The notes under the pieces: generated by a model | The model's database searches: none | What the model was told of the DNA's origin: nothing | Seen by the model: the letters and a program-made list of their open reading frames with translations, nothing else | Program-made: the position numbers and the translations under genes | Shown: positions 26,957 through 36,133 of the stretch, in pieces | Layout of the letters: each line of letters starts with the position of its first letter | Position numbering within the stretch: position 1 is the stretch's first letter | Assembly (NCBI GenBank): GCA_016719635.1 | Contig: JADJYT010000016.1 | Location: 829-64,828, forward strand | Source of the DNA: Sphingobacteriales bacterium | GTDB taxonomy: Bacteria > Bacteroidota > Bacteroidia > Chitinophagales > JADIYW01 | DNA: 64,000 nucleotides | Reading direction: 5' to 3'

Positions 26957-27724
26957 ATGTACGATCTAAAACAAGAATACGACCAATACACCGAAGAAGA
27001 TTTCTTAGTATGGAAATTGCTGTACCAGCGCCAACGGGTATTGCTGCAAAACATGGCGTCGAAAGAGTTTATTCGCGGGATGGAGGAAATGCATTTCAGC
27101 GACGATAAGATTCCGGATTTCAACCATGTTAATAAGGTACTGGCTGAAACGACAGGTTGGCAGATTGAAGTGGTACCCGGTTTGATTCCCGATAAGGATT
27201 TCTTTGAATTACTGGCAAATAAAAAATTCCCGTCCTCCACCTGGCTGCGCAAACTTGAAAACCTGGACTATCTCGAAGAACCGGATATGTTCCATGATTG
27301 CTTTGCTCACATGCCTTTGCTGACCGAGCAGTTTTTTGTAGACTACCTGCAGGAATTATCCAAGATTGCGTTAAGGTATATTGATGATGCGCTGGCGATC
27401 GAACTGATTGGCCGCATCTATTGGTTTACGGTAGAGTTTGGATTGATAAAGGAAGCCGCAGGCATGCGAATATACGGCGCCGGAATCTTATCTTCGAGCG
27501 GTGAAAGCATATTTTGCCTCGGTGATAAGGCCAACCGTAAGCCGTTCCATGTGAAAGAAATCATGGAAAAACATTATTACAAAGACCATTTCCAGGACAG
27601 GTATTATGTCATAAATACCTACAAAGACCTGTTTGATGCCGTTCCTGAGATAGACAGATTGATGGAGATGGCGCTGATAAAGATTCCGCATGAAAAGATA
27701 TTTATGCAACACCGTTGGACCTGA
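26957..27724 (+). CDS. phhA: phenylalanine 4-monooxygenase
   Basis: It has the iron-binding context EPDMFHDCFAHMPLL and YWFTVEFGL. It is 255 aa. Confidence 0.9.
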   Translation: MYDLKQEYDQYTEEDFLVWKLLYQRQRVLLQNMASKEFIRGMEEMHFSDDKIPDFNHVNKVLAETTGWQIEVVPGLIPDKDFFELLANKKFPSSTWLRKLENLDYLEEPDMFHDCFAHMPLLTEQFFVDYLQELSKIALRYIDDALAIELIGRIYWFTVEFGLIKEAAGMRIYGAGILSSSGESIFCLGDKANRKPFHVKEIMEKHYYKDHFQDRYYVINTYKDLFDAVPEIDRLMEMALIKIPHEKIFMQHRWT

Positions 27725-27740
27725 ATCTGTAAATAGAATG

Positions 27741-27767
27741 ATATTTCTCACTACGTTCGAAATGACA
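27741..27767. repeat. GTCATT-hairpin element, single arm (inverted orientation)
   Basis: The reverse complement reads GTCATTTCGAACGTAGTGAGAAATAT. Confidence 0.65.
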
Positions 27768-27919
27768 TGAAAAAACAAACACTCAAACGTATAAAATCGA
27801 GCATACGCAAAAAACAAATCAAAGATGGATTTTTTGACGGCAGATTTGCGCCGAAAGTGCAACCTGATAAAAAGAAGGTGCAGAATAAAAAATTGTGCAG
27901 ATTGAAAATAACTTTTTGA
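27767..27919 (+). CDS. candidate small basic protein (50 aa), not in the ORF track
   Basis: My own translation is MKKQTLKRIKSSIRKKQIKDGFFDGRFAPKVQPDKKKVQNKKLCRLKITF*. The competing 124-aa minus-strand ORF (27488..27862) overlaps the 3' end of phhA and looks spurious. Confidence 0.3.
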   Translation: MKKQTLKRIKSSIRKKQIKDGFFDGRFAPKVQPDKKKVQNKKLCRLKITF

Positions 27920-27950
27920 AAAATAAATAATTGAAATACATGGCCAATAG

Positions 27951-27975
27951 ACTATGTGTCTATGTGTTTAAAAAA
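27951..27975. repeat. solo arm of the purK|purE palindromic element
   Basis: actatgtgtctatgtgttt is the exact reverse complement of 16170-16188. As at purE, it is followed by an A-run, TTAA and the start codon. Confidence 0.75.
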
Positions 27976-27982
27976 AAATTAA

Positions 27983-28846
27983 ATGAAAACAATTATACCA
28001 AAAGAAACCGGCTTAAAGGAAATATCTAATTTTTTCACATCTGCCATTATACCGCGTCCCATTGCATTTGTCAGTACCGTCGATGAAAACGGCACCCCGA
28101 ATTTAAGCCCGTTTTCCTTTTTCAATGTATTCAGCTCGGACCCTCCGGTTCTTGTCTTTTCACCGGCAAAAAGCGCGCTGACCGGTAAACAAAAAGATAC
28201 CTACTACAATATTAAAGCTGTACCGGAATGCGTCATCCATATTGCGAATTATGCGATGGCAGAACAGTTGTCTGTAACAAGCGGCGCTTATCCTGCAGGG
28301 GTGAATGAATTTATCAAAGGTGGTTTCGCGGAAGAGCAATCCACGTTGGTCAAACCTCCGCGCATCAAGGAGGCGCCGATTGCCTTTGAATGTAAAGTGA
28401 ACCAGGTGGTAGAGCTGGGAGACAAAGGCGGTTCGGGCAATCTGATGATTTGTGAAATCCTGATGATACATGTGGATGAAAATATCCTGGATGAAAAAGG
28501 CAATGTCATTGCCGAAAAGCTAGACCCGATTGCACGTCTGGGGTACAACAATTATGTGCGTTTTACCAAAGAAGCTATTTTCGAAACACCCAAGCCATTG
28601 AAGTCATACGGCGTGGGCGTGGATGCCATTCCGCAATGGATAAAAGATGAGCGGGTTTTAGATGGCAATGAACTGGGCAAACTCGCCAGCATTGCAGAGA
28701 TCCCCAACAAAGAAGATATCAAACAGGATGCAGAATTAGCAGAACTAATCACCGAATACAAAGACCAAAGCATTAATGAACTTAAACGTTTATTGAGCGA
28801 AAATAAGATTAAGGAAGCCTGGTGGGTGTTATTAAATTTAGAATAG
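27983..28846 (+). CDS. flavin reductase family protein
   Basis: It has the flavin reductase-like domain motif IIPRPIAFVSTVDENGTPNLSPFSFFN. Confidence 0.78.
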   Translation: MKTIIPKETGLKEISNFFTSAIIPRPIAFVSTVDENGTPNLSPFSFFNVFSSDPPVLVFSPAKSALTGKQKDTYYNIKAVPECVIHIANYAMAEQLSVTSGAYPAGVNEFIKGGFAEEQSTLVKPPRIKEAPIAFECKVNQVVELGDKGGSGNLMICEILMIHVDENILDEKGNVIAEKLDPIARLGYNNYVRFTKEAIFETPKPLKSYGVGVDAIPQWIKDERVLDGNELGKLASIAEIPNKEDIKQDAELAELITEYKDQSINELKRLLSENKIKEAWWVLLNLE

Positions 28847-28847
28847 A

Positions 28848-29225
28848 TTATTGATTTACTACCTTAACCTGCCATGCACCGAAGCCCACGCACCAGATAT
28901 TGATAAACGCATTTATGATACCATCAGCCACACCTACGGTGTACATGCCATTTAGGATATTAAAGCTGAAATCACAAAGCCCTAAGAAAATCATGGCACC
29001 GGCTGCCATCAACGTGTAGTTTTTCCACTGGTCGTTTGTTCTGTTAAAATATGCCCGCAAAAGCAATATGCACAGGAAAGCATCCGGCAATGGGAAACTG
29101 TGCTCAAACTTGGTGTAATAAGCTGGATAGGCTGGATTCTCAAACCCCACTAAAAAGAAAATCGTCCAGAATAGAATCAGTCCGATAGCCGTAAGCAGTT
29201 GTAATACCTGTGTAGACTTCTTCAT
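28848..29225 (-). CDS. small integral membrane protein, unknown function
   Basis: It has four predicted hydrophobic segments. It is the last gene of a tight three-gene minus-strand operon. Confidence 0.5.
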   Translation of the reverse strand: MKKSTQVLQLLTAIGLILFWTIFFLVGFENPAYPAYYTKFEHSFPLPDAFLCILLLRAYFNRTNDQWKNYTLMAAGAMIFLGLCDFSFNILNGMYTVGVADGIINAFINIWCVGFGAWQVKVVNQ

Positions 29226-29226
29226 A

Positions 29227-30042
29227 TTATTTCTTCTGTGCCTTATTTATACTGCTGTTCATGATCCAGTCAATCAGCCACGGAAAAAAACGTTTGATGA
29301 TACGGGTCATCTTGCCGTCAAATCCCGGAATGATCAGGAATGATTTTTTCTGCATCTCCTTAAGAACGGTTGTAGCAACAAACTCCGGTTTCAGCAGGGT
29401 CGCCTTACCGCCGATAGCTTTTGTTTCTTCCGGTTTGTTTTTATTCTCCGCCTCAAAACCCGGCGTATCCGTATCCGGCGGACAAAGCACCTGCACTTTT
29501 ATATTGTATCGTTTCAGTTCGCTGCGCAGGGCTTCGGAAAAACCGATAATGCCGAATTTTGTCATGTAATAGTCCGCATACCCGAACACACCGAGAAATC
29601 CGGCGATGGAAGAGGTATTGACGATTTGCCCGCCCCTTTCCTTCATATACGGAACCATCGTGTACACGGAGTTCCAGGTAGAATACAGATTTGTCTTAAT
29701 GGTTTTATCAAAGATATCAAACGTGATATTTTCAAAATAATCCGGCTGTGCGATTCCAACACAGTTCACCAATATATCCGGCACTTTATGTTCCTGTATG
29801 GCTTTTTCAAAGACAGTTTTAGTATCATCCGGATCGGATGTGTCCACTGAATAAAAACAAACTGTTTGAGCAGCATCTACCGCCACTTGTTTAATTTCAT
29901 GGACAGCTTGCTCTAATTTAGAAACCGTTCTTGCAAAGACTACGACATGGCTCCCTTCTTTGGCGAATGCTTTTGCAATTGCCAGTCCGATACCGGTGGA
30001 ACCGCCGGTGACAAAAGCCGTTTTATCCTGATAAAATCCCAT
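29227..30042 (-). CDS. SDR family oxidoreductase, 3-ketodihydrosphingosine reductase (KDSR)-like
   Basis: It has the cofactor motif [13 protein letters not shown] and the catalytic YxxxK (YYMTKFG). The segment [24 protein letters not shown] closely parallels the human KDSR segment as I recall it ([24 protein letters not shown]). Confidence 0.75.
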   Translation of the reverse strand: [271 protein letters not shown]

Positions 30043-30049
30043 GTATTAT

Positions 30050-31063
30050 CTATTTCTGTTTTAGTGCGGCGAAATTCTGCTGTTTCAGCCAGACCATGGT
30101 TCTCCGAAAACCTTCCCTGTAGGATATTTTAGGGTCCCATCCTAATTCCTTTTCTGCCTTGGCAATGGAAAATTTCAATCTCGACCCCAGGTTTTTTACG
30201 GTATAGGTGGTCAGCAACGGCCTGTCTTTCTTGTTGAATAATTTGCCAAAGAATTCCATCAGGATAGCCACCAGATAAGCCAGTCCGTATGGAATATGCA
30301 TCGTCACTTCTTTCCCTCCGATCTCTCTGGCAATACTATTGGTAAATTCTTCCAGCGTGGTGCTTTCGCCGTCATGGACCAGGTATCCATTGCCAATCGC
30401 ACGCTCATCCTCGGATATCAGCATCAGCAAATCCACCAGATTCTCCACATAGGTAGGCCAGACAATTGCGTTCTTGCGCATGAACACCATCTCTTTCTTC
30501 AGGATGGCATCTGCCAGATGCGGTACAAACGTCTTATCACCGGGACCGAATATCCAGCAGGGATATACCATCGTGACCGGCAGTCCTTTTTCCGTATAAT
30601 AATTCCAGGCAACTTCTTCCGCCGCCAGTTTGGTATCGGGATAAGGTTCATTCCAGGGTTTGAGTGGAAAGGTTTCATCCATCACTTCTGATTCATCCAA
30701 TCCGAACACATCATTGGTGCTGATTTTCACCAGACGATAAACCTTAGCCTCCACACAGGCCTTGCATACGTTCTCCGTACCCGCAATCATCACCTGTTCA
30801 AAGACTTCCCGTTTACCCCAATCCGAAACAAATGCCGCACAGTGGAAAACAACATCTATGTCATCTGATATGGCTCTTCGCACATCTTCATAATTACGAA
30901 TATCCCCAAAAACCACTTCCACTTTTTTGTTTTCGAGCTGCGGCAAAGCAGGATCATTCGGCAGTACGAGTGCGCGGACAACATTCCCAGCAGCCAGGTT
31001 CGCGTTTACCAGATGCGTTCCGACAAAACCGGTTGCGCCTGTAATGAGTACTTTCTTGGACAT
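30050..31063 (-). CDS. NAD-dependent epimerase/dehydratase (3-beta-HSD-like) family protein
   Basis: It has the N-terminal Rossmann motif VLITGATGFVGTHLV and a YxxxK (YPDTK). It is 337 aa. Confidence 0.8.
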   Translation of the reverse strand: MSKKVLITGATGFVGTHLVNANLAAGNVVRALVLPNDPALPQLENKKVEVVFGDIRNYEDVRRAISDDIDVVFHCAAFVSDWGKREVFEQVMIAGTENVCKACVEAKVYRLVKISTNDVFGLDESEVMDETFPLKPWNEPYPDTKLAAEEVAWNYYTEKGLPVTMVYPCWIFGPGDKTFVPHLADAILKKEMVFMRKNAIVWPTYVENLVDLLMLISEDERAIGNGYLVHDGESTTLEEFTNSIAREIGGKEVTMHIPYGLAYLVAILMEFFGKLFNKKDRPLLTTYTVKNLGSRLKFSIAKAEKELGWDPKISYREGFRRTMVWLKQQNFAALKQK

Positions 31064-31135
31064 ACACTAAAATTAGTTTAATTTTAGTTTTTAAAGAAGA
31101 AAACACTCATTTTTGATATTCATATTCTCCGTTAC

Positions 31136-32764
31136 ATGCAGTCAATAGAATCCATTGCCCAAAAAATCAATTTAAATCCCGCACAGCTCATTCCCTATGG
31201 AAGATACATGGCCAAGATAGAGCAAGATGGTTTCAGCGACGAAAAGATTAAAGCCTCTAAACTTATCCTGGTTACTTCCATTACACCGACTAAAGCAGGG
31301 AATGGAAAAACCACCACTTCTATCGGATTGGCAGACGGCCTGAACCGTATCGGAAAGAAAGCGGTGCTGGCATTGCGTGAACCTTCACTGGGGCCTTGCT
31401 TCGGTATGAAGGGCGGCGCCACAGGTGCCGGAAAATCACAGTTGATACCGGCAAACAATATCAATCTTCATTTTACAGGCGATTTTCATGCGTTGAGTAT
31501 CGCCAATAATATGCTGGCGGCTTTGGTCGATAATTACAATTTCAAGGTGCAGGGAACGCCACATGAACTGAAAGAACTGTATTGGAAAAGAGCGATGGAT
31601 GTAAACGACCGTTCCCTTCGCTATATCATTACCGGACTGCATGGCGGGAAGAACGGACTTCCCGCGGAAACGGGATTTGATATCACTCCGGCATCCGAAC
31701 TGATGGCAGTCCTTTGCCTGTCGGAGAATTTTGAAGAATTAAGACAAAAGATAGACTCGATTTTAGTTGGCTATACGGCTGACAATATCCCACTTCATCT
31801 AAAAGATTTAAAATTCGGAGGCGCCATTACCGCATTATTGAAAGATGCGATAGCGCCCAATTTAGTGCAGACACTGGAAGGCAATCCGGTGATTATTCAC
31901 GGCGGCCCGTTTGCAAATATCGCTCACGGCTGCAATTCCCTTATCGCCACCAAGACAGCGATGCAATACGGCGAGTATGTCCTGACGGAAGCCGGATTCG
32001 GCAGCGACCTTGGCGCTGAGAAGTTTTTCAATATCAAATGCCGTAAAGCGGGCATCGTACCGGCTTTGAGTGTACTGGTCGTTACCACTCAGTCGCTGAA
32101 ATTACACGGCGAGGTGGCCTATGACAAAATAAAGGAACCGAATGCGGAAGGAATACTGAAGGGCATGCGGAATACAGAACGTCACATACAGATTCTGCAA
32201 TCTTTCGGACAGAAGGTATTGGTGGTGCTGAATCAATTTGATTTTGATACGGAGGAAGAATTGGAATTAATCAAAGATGCCTGCAGAGACAGGCAGGTGG
32301 ATTTTGCCGTTAACAATGCATTTCAGCTAGGTGGTGCTGGAGCAGAGGATGCTGCTGAAAAGATTATTGCATTAACCGATACCGTAACAGGTACGATTGC
32401 ATTTACATACAATTTAGAGGATACCGTAGAAGAGAAAATCAACAAGATTGTCCGAAGGATATACAACGGGAACAACGTTCATTTTGAGAAGAAAGCAAGG
32501 AATCAGTTAAAAAGGATCCAGCGGCTTGGATTTGACCGTTTACCTGTCTGCATCGCCAAGACACAATACTCCTTTTCCGATGATGCCGAGAACAATAACG
32601 CTTATGACAATTTTGATATTACGGTAGACGAATTGATTGTCAATGCCGGTGCCGGCTTTATTGTGGCCGTTTGCGGCGAAATGATGCGGATGCCGGGTCT
32701 GCCGGATGAACCGAATGCCCTGCATATTGATGTGATGAATGGTGAAATCATCGGATTGGTATAA
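31136..32764 (+). CDS. fhs: formate--tetrahydrofolate ligase
   Basis: It has TPTKAGNGKTTTSIGL and PVIIHGGPFANIAHG. It is 542 aa. Confidence 0.95.
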   Translation: MQSIESIAQKINLNPAQLIPYGRYMAKIEQDGFSDEKIKASKLILVTSITPTKAGNGKTTTSIGLADGLNRIGKKAVLALREPSLGPCFGMKGGATGAGKSQLIPANNINLHFTGDFHALSIANNMLAALVDNYNFKVQGTPHELKELYWKRAMDVNDRSLRYIITGLHGGKNGLPAETGFDITPASELMAVLCLSENFEELRQKIDSILVGYTADNIPLHLKDLKFGGAITALLKDAIAPNLVQTLEGNPVIIHGGPFANIAHGCNSLIATKTAMQYGEYVLTEAGFGSDLGAEKFFNIKCRKAGIVPALSVLVVTTQSLKLHGEVAYDKIKEPNAEGILKGMRNTERHIQILQSFGQKVLVVLNQFDFDTEEELELIKDACRDRQVDFAVNNAFQLGGAGAEDAAEKIIALTDTVTGTIAFTYNLEDTVEEKINKIVRRIYNGNNVHFEKKARNQLKRIQRLGFDRLPVCIAKTQYSFSDDAENNNAYDNFDITVDELIVNAGAGFIVAVCGEMMRMPGLPDEPNALHIDVMNGEIIGLV

Positions 32765-32774
32765 ACTAAAAAAG

Positions 32775-32804
32775 GGGAAGCCATCGCAAATGCGATGGCT
32801 TCCC
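32775..32804 (-). terminator. rho-independent terminator (typA; possibly also fhs)
   Basis: It is a perfect 14-bp inverted repeat, GGGAAGCCATCGCA-aa-TGCGATGGCTTCCC. On the minus strand a T6 run follows. Confidence 0.75.
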
Positions 32805-32824
32805 TAAGTATTATATTTCCAGCA

Positions 32825-34621
32825 TTATTTTCCTTTGCGTTTACGCTCATTTTCATCCAGGTAAATCTTACGCAGTCGAATGGATTTCGGTGTGACCTCC
32901 ACATATTCATCGCCCTGAATATATTCCAATGCTTCCTCTAAGGAGAATTTGGTGACCGGAATTAATTTGGCTTTATCGTCTGTTCCGGATGCACGTACAT
33001 TCGTCAACTGTTTTTTGATGGTGACGTTTACCACCAAATCATCCTGACGGGAGTTTTCGCCAATAACCATACCGGTATAAATCTCATCTCCTGCTTCCAC
33101 AAAGAAACGGCCTCTGTCCTGTAATTTATCCAGAGAGTAGGCTATCGCTTCACCTGTCTCTTTCGAAATCATAGAGCCATTGATACGACCCTGTATTTCT
33201 CCCTTATGCCTGTCATATTTTATAAAGCGGTGTGCCATCACAGCCTGTCCGGAGGTGGCCGTAATCATCTCCGTTCTCAAACCTATCAAACCGCGGGAAG
33301 GGATTTCGAAATCCATGATAGAACGATTGCCTTTTAAGACCATATTCTTCATATCCCCTTTACGCTTGGTAATCATTTCAATCGCAGTACCTGCTTTCTC
33401 TTCCGGCAGATCGATGGTTAATTCTTCAATAGGTTCACATTTATGTCCGTCAATTTCTTTAAAGATTACCTGAGGCTGGCCTACCTGCAGTTCGTAGCCT
33501 TCCCGACGCATGGTTTCTATCAGTACGGACAAGTGCAATACCCCACGGCCAAATACCAGGAATGAATCGGCTGTCTCCCCCTGCTGTACACGAAGCGCCA
33601 GGTTTTTTTCCAGTTCTTTGGTTAAGCGGTCTTTAATGTGGCGGGATGTTACAAACTTTCCTTCCTTTCCGAAAAAAGGAGAATCATTGATGGTAAACAA
33701 CATGCTCATCGTTGGCTCGTCGATAGAAATAGCTGCCATTGCTTCCGGATTCTCCGCATCGGCGATGGTATCCCCGATTTCAAATCCGTCTATACCTACT
33801 ATTGCGCAGATTTCACCAGCCGGCACTTCATCCACCTTTATTTTAGCCATGCCCTCAAACAGCATCAGGTCCTTGATGCGTGACTTTACGATTTTGCCGT
33901 CTCTCTTGATTAAAGCGACCGGCATATTGGATTTCAGCGTACCACGGAAAACACGGCCAACGGCAATACGGCCAACAAACGAGGAATAATCCAGGGATGT
34001 GATTTGCATCTGTGCGGTCCCTTCCGCAATCTTTGGTGCAGGAATATGCTCGATGATGCAATCCAGCAAATCAACCACATTTGTCTTAGGTTGTTTATGG
34101 TCTGTACTCATCCAGCCATTCTTGGCAGAGCCGTAAATGGTCGGAAAGTCCAATTGTTCTTCGGTTGCATCCAGCTGAAACATCAGGTCAAATACCTTTT
34201 CATGCACTTCATCCGGTGTGCAGTTTTCCTTGTCGACTTTATTAATAACGACGATTGGTTTTAAACCCAACTGTAATGCTTTCTGCAACACGAAACGCGT
34301 TTGGGGCATAGGCCCTTCAAAAGCATCTACCAGCAATAAAACGCCGTCTGACATTTTCAATACACGTTCTACCTCCCCGCCAAAATCCGCGTGGCCCGGT
34401 GTATCAATAATGTTGATTTTATAGTCTTTATATTTTACTGCGGCATTTTTCGCTGTGATGGTAATGCCACGCTCGCGCTCTAACTCATTATTATCCATGA
34501 TTAAAACGCCCGTGTTCTCATGTTCGGAGAATGTTTTACATTCCCACAGGATTTTATCTACCAAAGTAGTCTTACCGTGGTCAACGTGCGCAATAATGGC
34601 AATATTTCTGATTTTTTGCAT
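32825..34621 (-). CDS. typA: translational GTPase TypA/BipA
   Basis: It has IAIIAHVDHGKTTLVD, DTPGHADFGGEVER and NKVD. It is 598 aa. Confidence 0.96.
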   Translation of the reverse strand: MQKIRNIAIIAHVDHGKTTLVDKILWECKTFSEHENTGVLIMDNNELERERGITITAKNAAVKYKDYKINIIDTPGHADFGGEVERVLKMSDGVLLLVDAFEGPMPQTRFVLQKALQLGLKPIVVINKVDKENCTPDEVHEKVFDLMFQLDATEEQLDFPTIYGSAKNGWMSTDHKQPKTNVVDLLDCIIEHIPAPKIAEGTAQMQITSLDYSSFVGRIAVGRVFRGTLKSNMPVALIKRDGKIVKSRIKDLMLFEGMAKIKVDEVPAGEICAIVGIDGFEIGDTIADAENPEAMAAISIDEPTMSMLFTINDSPFFGKEGKFVTSRHIKDRLTKELEKNLALRVQQGETADSFLVFGRGVLHLSVLIETMRREGYELQVGQPQVIFKEIDGHKCEPIEELTIDLPEEKAGTAIEMITKRKGDMKNMVLKGNRSIMDFEIPSRGLIGLRTEMITATSGQAVMAHRFIKYDRHKGEIQGRINGSMISKETGEAIAYSLDKLQDRGRFFVEAGDEIYTGMVIGENSRQDDLVVNVTIKKQLTNVRASGTDDKAKLIPVTKFSLEEALEYIQGDEYVEVTPKSIRLRKIYLDENERKRKGK

Positions 34622-34650
34622 AAAAAAATAATTCTTTGAATTTCGAGGTG

Positions 34651-34658
34651 CAAAGGTA
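34651..34658 (-). promoter_or_regulatory. candidate -7 box TACCTTTG for typA
   Basis: The minus strand reads TACCTTTG 29 nt upstream of the typA ATG. Confidence 0.4.
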
Positions 34659-34742
34659 CATGATTATAAACGCTTTTGCTAATATTACACCTATTGACAA
34701 TAATTTTTTGACTTTTAATTTCAGAGTTTTAACTTTATAGTA

Positions 34743-36071
34743 ATGTGTGATACCTTTGTTCATATACCGTCCCAAAAGTCAGGCTCTGTCATTTTTGGGA
34801 AAAACAGTGACAGAGAACCCAATGAAGCACAACAAATTGTGCATTATCCGAGAAAAATCAGGGTCAAAGTTAGCAGGAAGGCCACATTTATTGAGCTCGA
34901 GGTTCCGGTTGAATCCTATGAAGTAATCTTAAGCAAACCCTTTCAAATATGGGGTGCGGAAATGGGATGCAACGAGTTTGGAGTGACCATAGGAAATGAA
35001 GCCGTTTTTACCAAAATGCCCTTTGATAAGAAGCAGGTTGGTTTAACGGGAATGGACTTGCTGCGCCTGAGTCTGGAAATATCCAAAACAGCCAAAGATG
35101 GCGTGGATAATATCATTCATTTTCTGGAAAAATACGGGCAGGATGCGTGCGGCGGTTATATGGACAAGAATTTCTATTATCACAACAGTTTCATCATTGC
35201 AGATAAAAATGAAGGATATGTGCTGGAAACAGCCGGCAGACATTGGATATATGAAAAGGTAACCGGCTATCGGGCCATTTCCAACGGATTAAGCATAGCA
35301 GAGAAATATGATGGCATCAGTAAGGATGCGATAGCATTTGCTCAAAAGAAAGGATGGACAAAAAAGCAGGAGAACTTCAACTTCAAAAAGGCTTACAGCC
35401 AGTGGCTGATGCCTAAACTTGCAGGTTGTGAATACCGAAGAAACAATAGCGAGGATAAAGGAAAATCGTTTTCAGGTTTTACCGTGGAAAATGCTATCCG
35501 TATTCTACGTTCACATGGTGAAAAAGAACAAACATTCACACCGGAACAAGGCAATACAAGAAGTATCTGTATGCATGCATCGGGTCTATTCACGCCACAT
35601 CAGACAGTAGGGTCCATGGTAGCAGAATTGCGCAAAGACAAACCAGCGACGGTGTGGCTCACAGGCACTTCAGCACCTTGTCTGAGTTTGTTCAAACCCT
35701 TTTATTTCGGGAATGATATTTTGGAGGAAGAAAATTTTATTCCTCCTTCTGTAAAAGCTGATAATTCCTATTGGTGGCAATGGGAGAAACTGCATCGTGC
35801 TGTTTTAAAGAATTATGCGAAATCGATTTCATTCCTGCAATTCAAACAACAGGAACTCGAAAAATCATGGATAAAACAAGACAAAATCCTTATCCAGGAA
35901 AACTGGAATCTGATCAATGCCAGGCTAGTTTCCCTTAAGGCTATAAAAGAAAGCATAGACGTCCGGGATTATATGTTGTCAAAATCAATTGAAGGCAACA
36001 AAACTAAAACCGGATTTTTGTATTCTCGATTCTGGAATCGCCTTGACAGGCAGGCAGGAATAACTATATAA
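34743..36071 (+). CDS. C69 family peptidase, secernin-like (Ntn hydrolase)
   Basis: Cys is at position 2 (MCDTF). VIFGKNSDREPNEAQ, IWGAEMGCNEFGVTIGNEA and GYVLETAGRHWIYEKV parallel the secernin motifs as I recall them (VVFGKNSARPRDEVQ, LWGAEMGANEHGVCIANEA, AWVLETIGKYWAAEKV). Confidence 0.78.
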   Translation: MCDTFVHIPSQKSGSVIFGKNSDREPNEAQQIVHYPRKIRVKVSRKATFIELEVPVESYEVILSKPFQIWGAEMGCNEFGVTIGNEAVFTKMPFDKKQVGLTGMDLLRLSLEISKTAKDGVDNIIHFLEKYGQDACGGYMDKNFYYHNSFIIADKNEGYVLETAGRHWIYEKVTGYRAISNGLSIAEKYDGISKDAIAFAQKKGWTKKQENFNFKKAYSQWLMPKLAGCEYRRNNSEDKGKSFSGFTVENAIRILRSHGEKEQTFTPEQGNTRSICMHASGLFTPHQTVGSMVAELRKDKPATVWLTGTSAPCLSLFKPFYFGNDILEEENFIPPSVKADNSYWWQWEKLHRAVLKNYAKSISFLQFKQQELEKSWIKQDKILIQENWNLINARLVSLKAIKESIDVRDYMLSKSIEGNKTKTGFLYSRFWNRLDRQAGITI

Positions 36072-36133
36072 ACTTCAGTATATTATGTATTCGCTGGCAT
36101 AAACCAAAATCAAATCGTAATTTTAAACATACA

